Source of the DNA: an uncultured Lentisphaeraceae bacterium
GTDB lineage: Bacteria > Verrucomicrobiota > Kiritimatiellia > RFP12 > UBA1067
Reading direction: 5' to 3'
Assembly: GCA_964610015.1 (NCBI GenBank)
Contig: CAZSUM010000001.1
Location: 1-58,284 of the forward strand
DNA length: 58,284 nt
Each line of letters opens with the position of its first letter. The first letter of the stretch is position 1. The notes beneath the pieces are model-generated. The model ran no database searches and was not told the origin of the DNA. It saw only the letters and a program-made list of their open reading frames with translations. A program made the position numbers and the translations under genes. This document shows positions 1 through 10,151 of this stretch, piece after piece.

Positions 1-1
1 T

Positions 2-2389
2 GCGCAGCAGGGATATGTCTATGTGCGTGCTGAATATCCGTTGGCAGTCGAACGACTCAACACAGCTATTCAACAAGCACGCGCCTGTCATTTACTAGGT
101 CAAAAAATTCTCGGTACAGACTTTCACTTTGACCTAGAGATCCGTATGGGCTCTGGAGCTTTTGTTTGTGGCGAAGAGACAGCCTTGATTGCGTCCATCG
201 AGGGGAAACGTGGTGAACCCCGACCCCGCCCGCCGTTCCCAGCCCAAAAAGGGTTGTGGGGTAAACCCACGGTGCTCAACAATGTTGAAACCTATGCGAA
301 TGTTCCCGCCATTCTTCTGAATGGGGGGGCGTGGTATAGCGACATGGGAACCGCTAAGAGTAAGGGCACAAAGGTGTTTGCACTGGCTGGTGCTGTTTGC
401 AAAACAGGTTTAGTTGAAGTACCGATCGGTACGCCTTTGGGAGAGGTGATCTTTGATATTGGTGGAGGTATTCGCAACAATCGTCACTTTAAAGCCGCTC
501 AAATCGGTGGTCCCTCAGGCGGATGCATTCCACGCGCGAATCTCAATGTCCCCCTTGATTATGAAACATTGGCTGATCTTGGGGCGATCATGGGATCCGG
601 TGGCTTAATTGTGATGGATGAAAATACCTGCATGGTTGATGTGGCGAGATTCTTCATTGAGTTTGTCCAAGAGGAATCGTGTGGGAAATGTGTGCCCTGT
701 CGGGTCGGAACACGTCGGATGCTCGAAATTCTCAACCGGATCTGTGCCGGGCATGGTGAAGAAGGTGATATTGAGCGCTTAGAGGAACTCGGTGAGTTTA
801 TCAAAAGTTCCTCTCTTTGCGGACTCGGACAGACCGCGCCTAATCCGGTGCTCTCAACCATTCGCCACTTTCGACAGGAGTATGAGGAACACATTCGTGA
901 TCGGCATTGTCGTGCCGGTGTTTGCGCTGAGCTCGTGCGTGCGCCATGCTTGAGCGCCTGCCCAGCGGGTGTGGATGTCCCTGGTTTTGTCTCTTTGGTG
1001 GGCGACAAGCGCTACGCCGAAGCGTTGCGGCTACATCGTGAGCGCAATCCATTCGCATCGGTTTGTGCGCGTGTCTGTTTTCACACCTGCGAGGAAAAGT
1101 GTCGTCGGGCATCGCTGGATGAGCCGGTGGCCATTCGTGGAATCAAGAGGTTCATGGTAGATCAAGAGGTTACGATTCAGCTTCCGGAGGTACGCGAAAA
1201 CACAACCAATGCTGAAAAACAAGTTGTGATCGTCGGTGCGGGCCCAGCGGGTTTATCATGTGCCTATTTTTTGGCACGTCTGGGGTACAAACCGATTATT
1301 TTGGAGGCAGAACCCCGTCCCGGCGGCATGCTGGTGCAAGCGATTCCAGCCTATCGTTTGCCTCGTGAGGAATTGGCTCGAGAAGTCCGAATGATTGAAC
1401 ATCTCGGGGTAAACATCGAAACCGGTCGTAAATTGGGCCGTGATATCACACTCACTGAGCTGAAAAATCAGGGGGCAGACGCTGTGTTTTTGGCTGTCGG
1501 TGCAGCGCTTGGCGTACCGCTTGATCAAACGCCGGGTGCAGATGCTCAGGGTGTGACTGAAGCCATGCAGTTTTTACGTCAGTATAATATTCGCGGATCT
1601 GTTCCGGTGGGCAAGCAGGTGGTGGTGATTGGCGGTGGAAATGCGGCAATTGATGCTGCGCGTACAGCGATTCGTCTTGGTGCTGAGAGCGTGACCGTTC
1701 TCTATCGCCGGACTCGAGAGGAGATGCCCGCCTATGCTGAGGAGATTGAAGAAGCGCTTCAGGAGGGTGTGACGTTGCGGACGTTGATTCACCCCGTAGC
1801 TTTTGAGACTCAGGGAGGTCACGTCACAGGCGTTCGCTGTAAACTCATGCGGCTGGGTGATTTCGACCGTTCGGGACGGCGTCGTCCTGAAGAAACCAAA
1901 GATACCGAGGGTGAGTTGATTTGTGCGGATCAGGTGATTGTTGCCATTGGTCAGGCTCTGGATACGACGGCCTTGACGGGTGGTCTACCCGTGGCATTGA
2001 ATTCACGGGGATGGATTGCAACAGATCCCCGAAGTGGTGCGACATCGCTTCCGTGGCTGTTTGCGGGAGGCGACGTTGCTTCAGGGCCTTCATCTGTTGT
2101 CGAAGCCATCGCGGCGGGTGAACGAGCTGCCGTAGCGATTGACACAATGTTGAGCGGTGAGACACATGCCTTTTGGCGTGGATATCAGGATCGTGGGGCT
2201 TCCTTTGATCCGAATGCAGACCCTGTTCCCTATGCTCGTGAACACTTGCCTACGATTGCGCTGGAAAAGCGCCGTCAGAACTTTACGGAAGTGGAACAAC
2301 CGTGGAATGAAACCACTGCAATACGTCAAGCAAAACGCTGTCTGCGGTGCGATTACGGTAAACAACCCTGTGAATGTGAGAACACTTAA
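2..2389 (+). CDS. NuoF/HydB-like FMN flavoprotein fused to GltD/NfnB-like NAD(P)H-FAD oxidoreductase (5' end cut by window edge)
   Basis: The frame is open from nt 2 ([16 protein letters not shown]), so the N-terminus lies upstream. NuoF motifs are [24 protein letters not shown] and [13 protein letters not shown]. They are followed by a Cys-rich 2x[4Fe-4S]-like segment (CLSACPAG...[19 protein letters not shown]) and two Rossmann motifs ([29 protein letters not shown]) typical of the glutamate-synthase small-subunit family. Confidence 0.85.
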   Translation, partial: AQQGYVYVRAEYPLAVERLNTAIQQARACHLLGQKILGTDFHFDLEIRMGSGAFVCGEETALIASIEGKRGEPRPRPPFPAQKGLWGKPTVLNNVETYANVPAILLNGGAWYSDMGTAKSKGTKVFALAGAVCKTGLVEVPIGTPLGEVIFDIGGGIRNNRHFKAAQIGGPSGGCIPRANLNVPLDYETLADLGAIMGSGGLIVMDENTCMVDVARFFIEFVQEESCGKCVPCRVGTRRMLEILNRICAGHGEEGDIERLEELGEFIKSSSLCGLGQTAPNPVLSTIRHFRQEYEEHIRDRHCRAGVCAELVRAPCLSACPAGVDVPGFVSLVGDKRYAEALRLHRERNPFASVCARVCFHTCEEKCRRASLDEPVAIRGIKRFMVDQEVTIQLPEVRENTTNAEKQVVIVGAGPAGLSCAYFLARLGYKPIILEAEPRPGGMLVQAIPAYRLPREELAREVRMIEHLGVNIETGRKLGRDITLTELKNQGADAVFLAVGAALGVPLDQTPGADAQGVTEAMQFLRQYNIRGSVPVGKQVVVIGGGNAAIDAARTAIRLGAESVTVLYRRTREEMPAYAEEIEEALQEGVTLRTLIHPVAFETQGGHVTGVRCKLMRLGDFDRSGRRRPEETKDTEGELICADQVIVAIGQALDTTALTGGLPVALNSRGWIATDPRSGATSLPWLFAGGDVASGPSSVVEAIAAGERAAVAIDTMLSGETHAFWRGYQDRGASFDPNADPVPYAREHLPTIALEKRRQNFTEVEQPWNETTAIRQAKRCLRCDYGKQPCECENT

Positions 2390-2403
2390 CCCGGAGTACG
2401 CTC

Positions 2404-4173
2404 ATGTTAAACGTGACCGTTAATCTACAAACTATTCAGGTGCCGGAAGGCACCACGATCTTAAAAGCCGCCAAACAGATCGGTGTTAAAATCCCCACGC
2501 TTTGTAATCTGGAACACCGAGAACCGATTGGTGCGTGCCGGGTGTGTCTAGTAGAAGTAGAAGGAGCGCGAACCCTGATGGCGGCCTGTTCCACCCCTGT
2601 TTCGGAAGGAATGGTGATTCGGACCCACAGTGCCAAAGCACGCTCTGCACGTCGGCAGGTGGTGGAGTTGCTACTCTCGGAGCATGATGGCGACTGTCCC
2701 ACATGCGACCGCAGCAGCGACTGTGAATTGCGTGCGCTGGCCGAGGAGATGGGGGTGGTGATAATCCCCTTTGAGGGTCTTCGGGCGAAAGAGCATGTGG
2801 ATGCATCAACACCCGGTCTTGTGCGTGATAATGCCAAGTGCATCAAGTGTCGCCGATGCGTCTCAATTTGCAATGAGGTTCAAGGGGTTGGCGCGCTCTT
2901 TCCTCAAGGTCGTGGATTCCAAACCGTCATTGGCCCTGCTTTTACGCGCGATCTAGATAGCGTGGCCTGCGTACAGTGTGGTCAATGCGCCGCCATTTGT
3001 CCAGTAGGTGCCATTGTTGAGAAAAGCGCGATTGCCGAAGTTTGGCAGGCGTTAGAGAACCCCAAAAAACATGTGATCGTGCAAACAGCGCCTGCGATTC
3101 GTGCGGCGTTAGGAGAGTGTTTTGGCTATGAACCTGGTACGCGTGTGACAGATAAGATGGTTGCGGCTTTACGTCGTCTTGGTTTCGACGGTGTGTTTGA
3201 CACTAATTTTACAGCGGATTTAACCATCATGGAAGAGGGTACAGAACTGCTTTCACGCTTGAAGCAGGCGCTCAAGGATAAACAACCCGTGGCCCTACCT
3301 ATGTTTACGAGCTGTTCACCTGGGTGGATAAATTTTGCGGAGTTTTACTTCCCTCAATTTCTGCCAAATATCTCCACTTGCAAATCGCCCCAACAAATGT
3401 TTGGTGCGGTTGCGAAAAGTTATTATGCTGAAAAAATTGGCAAGAAACCCGAGGAACTCGTGGTGGTTTCGGTGATGCCCTGTACAGCCAAGAAATTTGA
3501 AGCGCAACGTCCAGAGATGAACTCCAGTGGCACACAGGATGTCGATTATGTTCTGACCACACGAGAACTCGCCAAGATGATTAAAGAAGCTGGTATTGAT
3601 TTTAAGACCTTGCCTGATGAGTCCATGGATGCCCCCCTCGGCCTTTCATCCGGCGCTGCGGATATTTTTGCCAATACTGGCGGTGTCATGGAGGCTGCGT
3701 TGCGTACCGCATATGAAATCGTGACGGGACGTTCGTTGCCCGTTGACAATCTACACGTTGCGGCGTTCGCTGGCTTAACAGGTGTCAAAGAAGCATCTCT
3801 TAAAATCACCGATGTAAAACCCGAGTGGTCCTTTCTTGAAGGAATCACTCTGAATGTTGCCGTCTCTCACGGGTTGGGGAACACGCGTCGATTGCTGGAA
3901 CATATTACGACCCATGGCTCTTCTTATCATTTTATTGAGGTCATGACGTGTCCTGGAGGGTGCATTGGTGGCGGGGGCCAACCGCGTTTTACCGATGATT
4001 CCGTGCGGTTAAAGCGTATCGCTGCCATTTATAGCGAGGATGAGAGCAAAGCAATTCGCAAATCACATGAGAATCCGGATATTCAAACACTGTATAAGGA
4101 ATATCTCGGTAAACCGAATGGATCCAAATCTCATCACTTGTTACATACTCACTATGCCTGTAAACCACATTAA
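2404..4173 (+). CDS. hydA: [FeFe]-hydrogenase catalytic subunit, M3 architecture (2Fe-2S + His-ligated 4Fe-4S + 2x4Fe-4S + H-domain)
   Basis: N-terminal ferredoxin fold (CRVCLVEVEG). LSEHDGDCPTCDRSSDCEL. CIKCRRCVSIC and CVQCGQCAAICP. H-cluster motifs FTSCSPGW (L1, variant), MPCTAKKFE (L2) and EVMTCPGGCIGGGGQP (L3). GGAG Shine-Dalgarno (SD) before ATG 2404. Confidence 0.9.
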   Translation: MLNVTVNLQTIQVPEGTTILKAAKQIGVKIPTLCNLEHREPIGACRVCLVEVEGARTLMAACSTPVSEGMVIRTHSAKARSARRQVVELLLSEHDGDCPTCDRSSDCELRALAEEMGVVIIPFEGLRAKEHVDASTPGLVRDNAKCIKCRRCVSICNEVQGVGALFPQGRGFQTVIGPAFTRDLDSVACVQCGQCAAICPVGAIVEKSAIAEVWQALENPKKHVIVQTAPAIRAALGECFGYEPGTRVTDKMVAALRRLGFDGVFDTNFTADLTIMEEGTELLSRLKQALKDKQPVALPMFTSCSPGWINFAEFYFPQFLPNISTCKSPQQMFGAVAKSYYAEKIGKKPEELVVVSVMPCTAKKFEAQRPEMNSSGTQDVDYVLTTRELAKMIKEAGIDFKTLPDESMDAPLGLSSGAADIFANTGGVMEAALRTAYEIVTGRSLPVDNLHVAAFAGLTGVKEASLKITDVKPEWSFLEGITLNVAVSHGLGNTRRLLEHITTHGSSYHFIEVMTCPGGCIGGGGQPRFTDDSVRLKRIAAIYSEDESKAIRKSHENPDIQTLYKEYLGKPNGSKSHHLLHTHYACKPH

Positions 4174-4366
4174 CCTTTTTGCCCGTCGTAAGAATTCTGT
4201 ACCCTGTTTTCAGATGTGTTAAGGGGTATCGCTAAGGTGAGATGCCTTAAAGCGGGGGGGAGAAACATTGGGTGAGCACCATGCTGTGGATGGGCACAAG
4301 TGATTGTCACGACTATTGAGATCAGCGGATGTCGTTGCAAGGAATCACACAATTCGCGCTCAAGGG

Positions 4367-4396
4367 TTGCTCCAACCTTAGCTAATCGGGTATACT
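4367..4396 (+). promoter_or_regulatory. candidate sigma70-type promoter for purA (-35 TTGCTC, 18 nt, -10 TATACT)
   Basis: Hexamers read directly at 4367-4372 and 4391-4396, about 55 nt upstream of the purA ATG. No experimental support. Confidence 0.3.
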
Positions 4397-4451
4397 GTTC
4401 ATCCGTTGTGCCGGAAGGACTGGCGCGAAGCTTTTTCCATTTGGAGATTTT

Positions 4452-5732
4452 ATGCCTAATACAGTTTTAGTGGGTGCGCAGTGGGGTGATGAGGGCAAAG
4501 GCAAGGTGATCGATGTTCTGACAAGTCAGGCTGATCTAATTGTTCGCTTCCAAGGCGGGAGTAATGCAGGGCACACGGTTATTGCGGATGGGCAGAAGTA
4601 TGTTTTGCATCTGATTCCATCAGGCATTCTTCATCCCGGCAAGCAGTGTCTGATCGGTAACGGCGTGGTGATGGATCCTTTTGATTTATTAAAGGAAATA
4701 GAAGGGTTGCGGACACAAGGAATTGACCCTACGGGACGTCTTTTTATCAGTGATCGTACGCACATGGTGATGCGTTGGCATCGGGCTTTGGATGCGGCTG
4801 ATGAAGCGCGTCGTCCTGCAAATAAGAAGATAGGAACCACGGGACGGGGTATTGGTCCGGCGTATGGCGCGAAAATGGGCCGTACGGGATTGCGTGTTGG
4901 AGATCTTCTGTGTGATCATTTTATGGAAACCGTCAAAACCGAAACAGAAGCAGCCAATAAAACCCTGTCCTCTTGGGGAGCCCCGTTGCTGGATGTGGCA
5001 GAAATGCAGGCCGCCTATGCTGAAATGTCTGTTGCCTTAGCGCCGTATATCAGCGACACCGTGGCGTTGATCAATGAGGCTGATCGTGCTGGCAAAAGTA
5101 TTTTGTTGGAAGGTGCCCAAGGCACAATGCTGGATATCGATTTTGGAACCTATCCGTTTGTAACATCCTCCAGCCCCACCGCAGGCGGTGCGTGTACTGG
5201 GTCGGGGCTCTCACCACGCCGAATTGACCGGGTTGTAGGTGTTATTAAATGCTATACCACGCGTGTTGGTGAAGGACCTTTCCCGACTGAATTGCTGGAC
5301 GACACGGGTGAACACCTGCGTAAAAAGGGTGGTGAGTTTGGCGCCACGACCGGTCGGCCGCGTCGTTGCGGATGGTTTGATGCTGTAGTTGGACGGTATT
5401 CCGCAATAGTTAACGGGGTCGATTTTTGGGCCATGACGAAGCTGGATGTGCTCGATGAATTGCCGAGTATCAAAATTTGCACCGCTTATGAACGTGATGA
5501 CGGTGTACGCTACGAAACCTTTCCTGCGGACTTGAGTGTACTATCACGCTGTAAACCAGTTTATGAGGAGATGCCCGGATGGCAATCGCAGACCAGCCAT
5601 ATTACGCGTTACGAGGAGTTGCCTCTAAAAGCACGTGCGTATGTTGAACGTTTAGTTTCGTTAATCGGTGGACGCATTGGCGTACTCTCCGTAGGGCCTG
5701 CTCGTGAAACGACGTTGCGCATGGGACTTTAA
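4452..5732 (+). CDS. purA: adenylosuccinate synthetase
   Basis: N-terminal GAQWGDEGKGKVID P-loop, GTTGRGIGPAY and GATTGRPRRCGW motifs. 426 aa is the typical length. GGAG SD. Confidence 0.95.
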   Translation: MPNTVLVGAQWGDEGKGKVIDVLTSQADLIVRFQGGSNAGHTVIADGQKYVLHLIPSGILHPGKQCLIGNGVVMDPFDLLKEIEGLRTQGIDPTGRLFISDRTHMVMRWHRALDAADEARRPANKKIGTTGRGIGPAYGAKMGRTGLRVGDLLCDHFMETVKTETEAANKTLSSWGAPLLDVAEMQAAYAEMSVALAPYISDTVALINEADRAGKSILLEGAQGTMLDIDFGTYPFVTSSSPTAGGACTGSGLSPRRIDRVVGVIKCYTTRVGEGPFPTELLDDTGEHLRKKGGEFGATTGRPRRCGWFDAVVGRYSAIVNGVDFWAMTKLDVLDELPSIKICTAYERDDGVRYETFPADLSVLSRCKPVYEEMPGWQSQTSHITRYEELPLKARAYVERLVSLIGGRIGVLSVGPARETTLRMGL

Positions 5733-5802
5733 ACAAACAGAAGCAGTGAAGGTTTCGTAGCAAGCAAAAGCGGGTTCCCTAAAATCACCATTAGCAGGGA
5801 GT

Positions 5803-6546
5803 TTGGTGGAAGAACAGTTGAAAAGAGTGCCAACGCATCTGGCTATCATCATGGATGGTAACGGACGATGGGCAAAGCAGCATGACAAACCACGTCTGGC
5901 AGGTCATGAGGCTGGCTCTGAAGCGGTGCGGCGTGTGTTGAACTATTGTCGTGACGCTGGCGTACGCTACCTCACGCTTTATGCGTTTAGTACGGAAAAT
6001 TGGGGCAGACCAAAATCTGAAGTTGCCGGTCTGATGAAACTTCTTGGCGTCTTTCTCGAAAAGTATGAACACGAATTGATTGAACGTCAGGTACGTTTAC
6101 GCGTGATTGGACGACGTGAAGATCTTTCTCCTCGGTTGATTCATGCACTAGAGCGAGTCGAGCAGAATTCAGCCGGATTTGAACGCCAACTGATTATTGC
6201 GTTGAGTTACAGCGGTCGCACAGAGTTAACGCGTGCCGCGCGTCTGATTGCCGAGAAAGTACGTGTCGGGGAGCTGACGGTTGACGACATTGATGAACAA
6301 ACGATCGCCGCGCACCTCTATGCGCCGGATATTCCAGATCCTGATTTGATCATTCGAACCAGTGGTGAAATGCGGGTCAGTAATTTTTTACTCTGGCAGT
6401 GTGCTTACAGCGAATTTTATGTAACATCGGTGTTTTGGCCTGATTTTAACGAAGACGATTTTCAGGCCGCCTTAAATGATTTTGCCAAAAGAGAACGCCG
6501 CTTTGGTGGGATCACACCCGTTTTGGAACAGGAGGTGCGCTTGTGA
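5803..6546 (+). CDS. uppS: isoprenyl transferase / undecaprenyl-diphosphate synthase
   Basis: HLAIIMDGNGRWA, FSTENWGRP and RTSGEMRVSNFLLWQ motifs. The TTG start at 5803 is uncertain. Confidence 0.9.
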   Translation: MVEEQLKRVPTHLAIIMDGNGRWAKQHDKPRLAGHEAGSEAVRRVLNYCRDAGVRYLTLYAFSTENWGRPKSEVAGLMKLLGVFLEKYEHELIERQVRLRVIGRREDLSPRLIHALERVEQNSAGFERQLIIALSYSGRTELTRAARLIAEKVRVGELTVDDIDEQTIAAHLYAPDIPDPDLIIRTSGEMRVSNFLLWQCAYSEFYVTSVFWPDFNEDDFQAALNDFAKRERRFGGITPVLEQEVRL

Positions 6547-7451
6547 TGACGCGTCGGATTATAACCGGAATCCTCGTGGGTGCTGCCTGGTTGCTCGGGC
6601 TCTGTTATATGCCAGGATGGCTTCTCTTTGGCGTCTTGTTGGTCATGTCTTGTCTCTGTCAGAACGAGTTCTACCAGATGATGAAACGGAAAGGATATCC
6701 GCTCAGTCGTAATTGTGGAATGGCAATGGGAATCACATGGCTTTTTGCATGTTACGCTTATCCACCCTTGGCTGCCGGAAGGCTTCCGGTCGGTCACCAA
6801 TTTGAAACGCTAATAGTAGCCATGTTGGTTTTTGCACTACTTTTGCGTGTTCTATTTGACGCACGTATTGATAAACCTGTTGAGCATATTGGCGTGACGT
6901 TGCTGGGCTTTTTCTATTTGCCGTTTATGCTCAGCTTCTTTATTCGACTCGCACAGTGGGGTGGCGACACCATGTTTGAGATTCCCTGCGCACGTAGTGG
7001 TGTCTTTCTCGCTGCTTTTCTAGCTGCAGTGGTTAAGTTCAGTGATGTGGGTGCTTTTGCTGTTGGCATGACCTTCGGTCGCCATAAAATGTTTCCTCGC
7101 ATCTCTCCCAAAAAGTCTTGGGAAGGACTTGTTGGCGGTTTGATCTTTTCAATGGCAGTCAGTGTTGGGCTTGTAACCATGTCACAACGCTGTGAATGGC
7201 TACCGCGCTGTCCTTTGGTCGATTTAACTGTATCACACGCCCTTGTATTGGGGCTGGTACTTGGCATGGTGGGGGTGTTGGGTGATCTGGTTGAGTCGAT
7301 GTTTAAACGCTCGGTTGATATCAAAGACTCGGCCGGTCTATTGCCGGGTGGGGCAGGGGGCATTCTCGATATGTTCGACAGTCTGACTTTCACGCCAGCT
7401 GTTCTTTATTTCTTTCTCGCTTGGTTTGTTGGTCAATCGGTGTCGCCATGA
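6546..7451 (+). CDS. cdsA: phosphatidate cytidylyltransferase
   Basis: Multi-TM protein with the CdsA signature SDVGAFAVGMTFGRHK ... KRSVDIKDSAGLLPGGAGGILDMFDS. The start overlaps the uppS stop (GTGATG); GTG 6543 is an alternative start. Confidence 0.9.
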   Translation: MTRRIITGILVGAAWLLGLCYMPGWLLFGVLLVMSCLCQNEFYQMMKRKGYPLSRNCGMAMGITWLFACYAYPPLAAGRLPVGHQFETLIVAMLVFALLLRVLFDARIDKPVEHIGVTLLGFFYLPFMLSFFIRLAQWGGDTMFEIPCARSGVFLAAFLAAVVKFSDVGAFAVGMTFGRHKMFPRISPKKSWEGLVGGLIFSMAVSVGLVTMSQRCEWLPRCPLVDLTVSHALVLGLVLGMVGVLGDLVESMFKRSVDIKDSAGLLPGGAGGILDMFDSLTFTPAVLYFFLAWFVGQSVSP

Positions 7452-8653
7452 GATCTGTTGTTATACTCGGCAGCACCGGATCAATCGGTGAAAATGCGCT
7501 GAAGATTGTGGAAGCCCTGCCTGATCAGTTTTGCGTAGTGGGGCTTGCAACGCGCACGCACGTCACGCGCGTGCTGGATCAAGCCTTACAGTTTAATGTG
7601 CGCGTGATTGCCGTGGCTGATCCGGTCGCAGCACGCGAGGCAGAGGTGTTAGCACGCCCGCATGGGATTGAGGTATGGCGTGGCGTTGAAGGGGTTGTTA
7701 ACTTAGCGGCACTCTCGCAAGCAGATACTGTTTTGTGTGCGTTAGTTGGGCTTTCAGGGTTACGTCCAGTCTTGGCTGCGATGATGGCAGGACACGATGT
7801 GGCGCTGGCGACCAAAGAGGTTTTAGTCTCTGCCGGTGAACTGGTCATGCGATGCCGTGAAAAAACAGGTGTCAGACTGCTCCCCGTTGATAGTGAACAC
7901 AGTGCTCTGTTTCAATGTTTGCAAATTCCCGAATCACCCGTGGCTTGTGTTCGTCAAGCAGGGGACAAAACCAGAGTGGAAAATCGCGTTGCACGATTGA
8001 CGTTAACCGCCTCTGGGGGTCCTTTTTTTGAGAACGAGCAAATTAATTTTGACCAGGTGACACCTGCTCAAGCACTGGATCATCCACGCTGGCAGATGGG
8101 ACGTAAAGTCACCATTGATTCTGCCACCATGATGAACAAGGGACTTGAGATACTAGAGGCACACTGGCTCTTTAATTTACCGGTGGATGTGATCGATATA
8201 CTGGTGCATCCTGAGAGCATTGTGCATTCACTTGTGACTTTTGTTGACGGCTCGAGTCTGGCGCAACTTTCACTACCCGATATGCGGTTTCCCATTCAGT
8301 ATGCACTGACTTGGCCGGAAAGAAAGCGTGCCTCATGGCCGCAACTGGATCTGGCACGTCAAGGTAGCTTGAACTTCTTTGCACCGAATGAGGCTCGTTT
8401 TCCCTGTTTGGGACTGATCCGAGAAGCATCTCGGCAAGGCGGGACGATGCCCGCCGTACTGAATGCCGTTGATGAAGTTGCAGTTGAAGCTTTTCTGAAT
8501 GAAGAAATCACTTTTGCCGGAATATGGCGAATTGTGTCAGAGGTGATGGAGCGCCATACTTGTGTGCCCTGTCTGGATCTGGACGCAGTGGTTGACGCTG
8601 ATGCGTGGGCACGTCAGGCGGCGCGCACATGTATTGAAGCATATAAACGATGA
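7448..8653 (+). CDS. dxr: 1-deoxy-D-xylulose-5-phosphate reductoisomerase
   Basis: VVILGSTGSIGENAL NADPH motif, DSEHSALFQC, HPRWQMGRKVTIDSATMMNKGLE. ATG 7448 overlaps the cdsA stop (ATGA). Confidence 0.95.
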   Translation: MRSVVILGSTGSIGENALKIVEALPDQFCVVGLATRTHVTRVLDQALQFNVRVIAVADPVAAREAEVLARPHGIEVWRGVEGVVNLAALSQADTVLCALVGLSGLRPVLAAMMAGHDVALATKEVLVSAGELVMRCREKTGVRLLPVDSEHSALFQCLQIPESPVACVRQAGDKTRVENRVARLTLTASGGPFFENEQINFDQVTPAQALDHPRWQMGRKVTIDSATMMNKGLEILEAHWLFNLPVDVIDILVHPESIVHSLVTFVDGSSLAQLSLPDMRFPIQYALTWPERKRASWPQLDLARQGSLNFFAPNEARFPCLGLIREASRQGGTMPAVLNAVDEVAVEAFLNEEITFAGIWRIVSEVMERHTCVPCLDLDAVVDADAWARQAARTCIEAYKR

Positions 8654-8701
8654 GGTTTTTGCCGCACTGCAATCAGTGTTGGCGATAAAAAAGGTTTAAA
8701 A

Positions 8702-10144
8702 ATGGAACTGTTTTGGTCAATTCTTGCAGGACTTTGTGTTGCGTTGTTGTTCAGTCTGGCTATTTTCATCCACGAATTCGGCCATTTTCTAGCTGCACGT
8801 TTGTTGGGACTTCAAGTTGATGCTTTCTCAATTGGTTTTGGTCCTGCACTATGGAAAAAAACAGTTAATGGAATTGCTTATAAGATTGGCTGTATTCCTT
8901 TTGGTGGCTATGTGGCCTTACCGCAACTAGATCCTTCTGGTATGGAGAAAGTGCAAGGAGAGTCGCACACGACAGATGAAGCAACTGAGGAACTTCCGGA
9001 TGTTTCGGCATGGAAACGGATTCTGGTTTCAGTCGCTGGCCCGTTTGGCAATGTGGTGCTTGCGGTTATACTCGCTTACGTCATCTATTTAACACCGGGT
9101 GTTCACACAGGCGTCGTGGCACCATTGATTGGGGAGGTCACTCAGAATTCTCAGGCGTGGACCGCTGGGTTACGTCCAGGCGATCGCATTCTGACTCTGA
9201 ATGGCAAACAGGTGCAAAACTGGAATGATCTTCAAGTAGAGTTTCAGCTTGTGGGTGAGTCTGGTTCCGCATCTTTTCTCGTTCAACGTGGGAAGGAGAA
9301 CCTAACCCTCGAATTGCCTTTTCAAACGAATAACATTATTGAACTGCGAATGCTGAATGGCGTGCTTCCCGAAGCGCCCTGTGTGGTATCCACTGTTCAA
9401 GCGGGATCACCTGCCGCATTGGCCGGTTTACAAAGAGGAGATTTAATTGTCGCGGCGAATGAAATGCCCGTGATGGGGGCTTACAACTTCTCCTCGATGA
9501 TTCGTGACAACAAAGGGGTGCCGGTTACGCTGGATATTAAGCGCAACAAGGATCGATTGAATATCTCCGTGACACCTCGTTACGATGAGACTGCCAAACG
9601 GTTTTTAATCGGAATTGCATGGCAGGATGAGTCAGAACTGGTGAAACCTTGGATGATGTATCGCTCTCCTTGGCAACAACTCCGTTGGGATGCACTCTCG
9701 GTTGTGCGTGTTCTTAAGGCATTGGTTGTTCCTGAATCCAAGGGAGAGCGTCAGGCTGTCGCGAAGAATGTCGGAGGACCCGTCGCGATTGTGATTGGGC
9801 TCTACCATACCGTTCGCGGGAGCATGATGGATGCGCTGGGCTTCTTGCGAATGATTTGCGTCAACCTCGCAATTCTCAATTTGTTACCTTTTCCGGTCTT
9901 GGATGGTGGGCACATTATGTTCGCGCTTTACGAATTGGTCACCCGTCGTAAACCGCATCCCAAAGTTGTTGCCGTCTTGGTTAATGCCTTTGCTGTGATC
10001 TTGATCGGATTGATGGTGCTGCTTTTCTATCGTGATATTGTCAGGCAGGTTCGTTACACACGCAAAATTCGCGAAGTGTTACAAAACGTCTCGCAGGAAG
10101 AGGGTGTCTCCACAAATCAGCCCGCAAGTTCAGCTGAGAGGTAA
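8702..10144 (+). CDS. rseP: RIP (site-2) zinc metalloprotease, M50 family with PDZ domains
   Basis: HEFGHFLAAR HExxH in TM1, NLLPFPVLDGGH LDG motif, central PDZ-like segments. Sits in the conserved position after dxr. Confidence 0.9.
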   Translation: MELFWSILAGLCVALLFSLAIFIHEFGHFLAARLLGLQVDAFSIGFGPALWKKTVNGIAYKIGCIPFGGYVALPQLDPSGMEKVQGESHTTDEATEELPDVSAWKRILVSVAGPFGNVVLAVILAYVIYLTPGVHTGVVAPLIGEVTQNSQAWTAGLRPGDRILTLNGKQVQNWNDLQVEFQLVGESGSASFLVQRGKENLTLELPFQTNNIIELRMLNGVLPEAPCVVSTVQAGSPAALAGLQRGDLIVAANEMPVMGAYNFSSMIRDNKGVPVTLDIKRNKDRLNISVTPRYDETAKRFLIGIAWQDESELVKPWMMYRSPWQQLRWDALSVVRVLKALVVPESKGERQAVAKNVGGPVAIVIGLYHTVRGSMMDALGFLRMICVNLAILNLLPFPVLDGGHIMFALYELVTRRKPHPKVVAVLVNAFAVILIGLMVLLFYRDIVRQVRYTRKIREVLQNVSQEEGVSTNQPASSAER

Positions 10145-10151
10145 TTGGCAG

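Noticed and set aside
559-1008. 149-aa antisense ORF inside the NuoF-GltD gene. Similar long antisense or out-of-frame ORFs occur at 2436-2873, 6914-7393, 10658-11052, 29827-30261, 39394-39840 and 40130-40567.
   Set aside because: All lie entirely within strongly motif-supported genes on the other strand or frame. Their translations are low-complexity and rich in Arg, Ser and Pro, and they have no SD. They are typical shadow ORFs.
4410-4424. GCCGGAAGGACUGGC hairpin upstream of purA, reminiscent of the SRP-RNA GGAA-loop region; the region was also checked for a purine riboswitch
   Set aside because: Only a 5-bp stem with one G-U pair. The flanking sequence lacks SRP domain IV symmetric-loop motifs, and I could not find a purine-riboswitch three-way-junction consensus.
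10032-10151. N-terminally extended ORF-track starts: ispG 10032, aroQ 32118, moxR 35034, M48 41465, fumarase beta 43142, fumarase alpha 43993, dxr 7421, holB 30334, DUF1080 47227, SDR 57373
   Set aside because: Internal ATGs preceded by SD-like sequences give N-termini that match the family-typical starts. They also remove large overlaps with the upstream genes.
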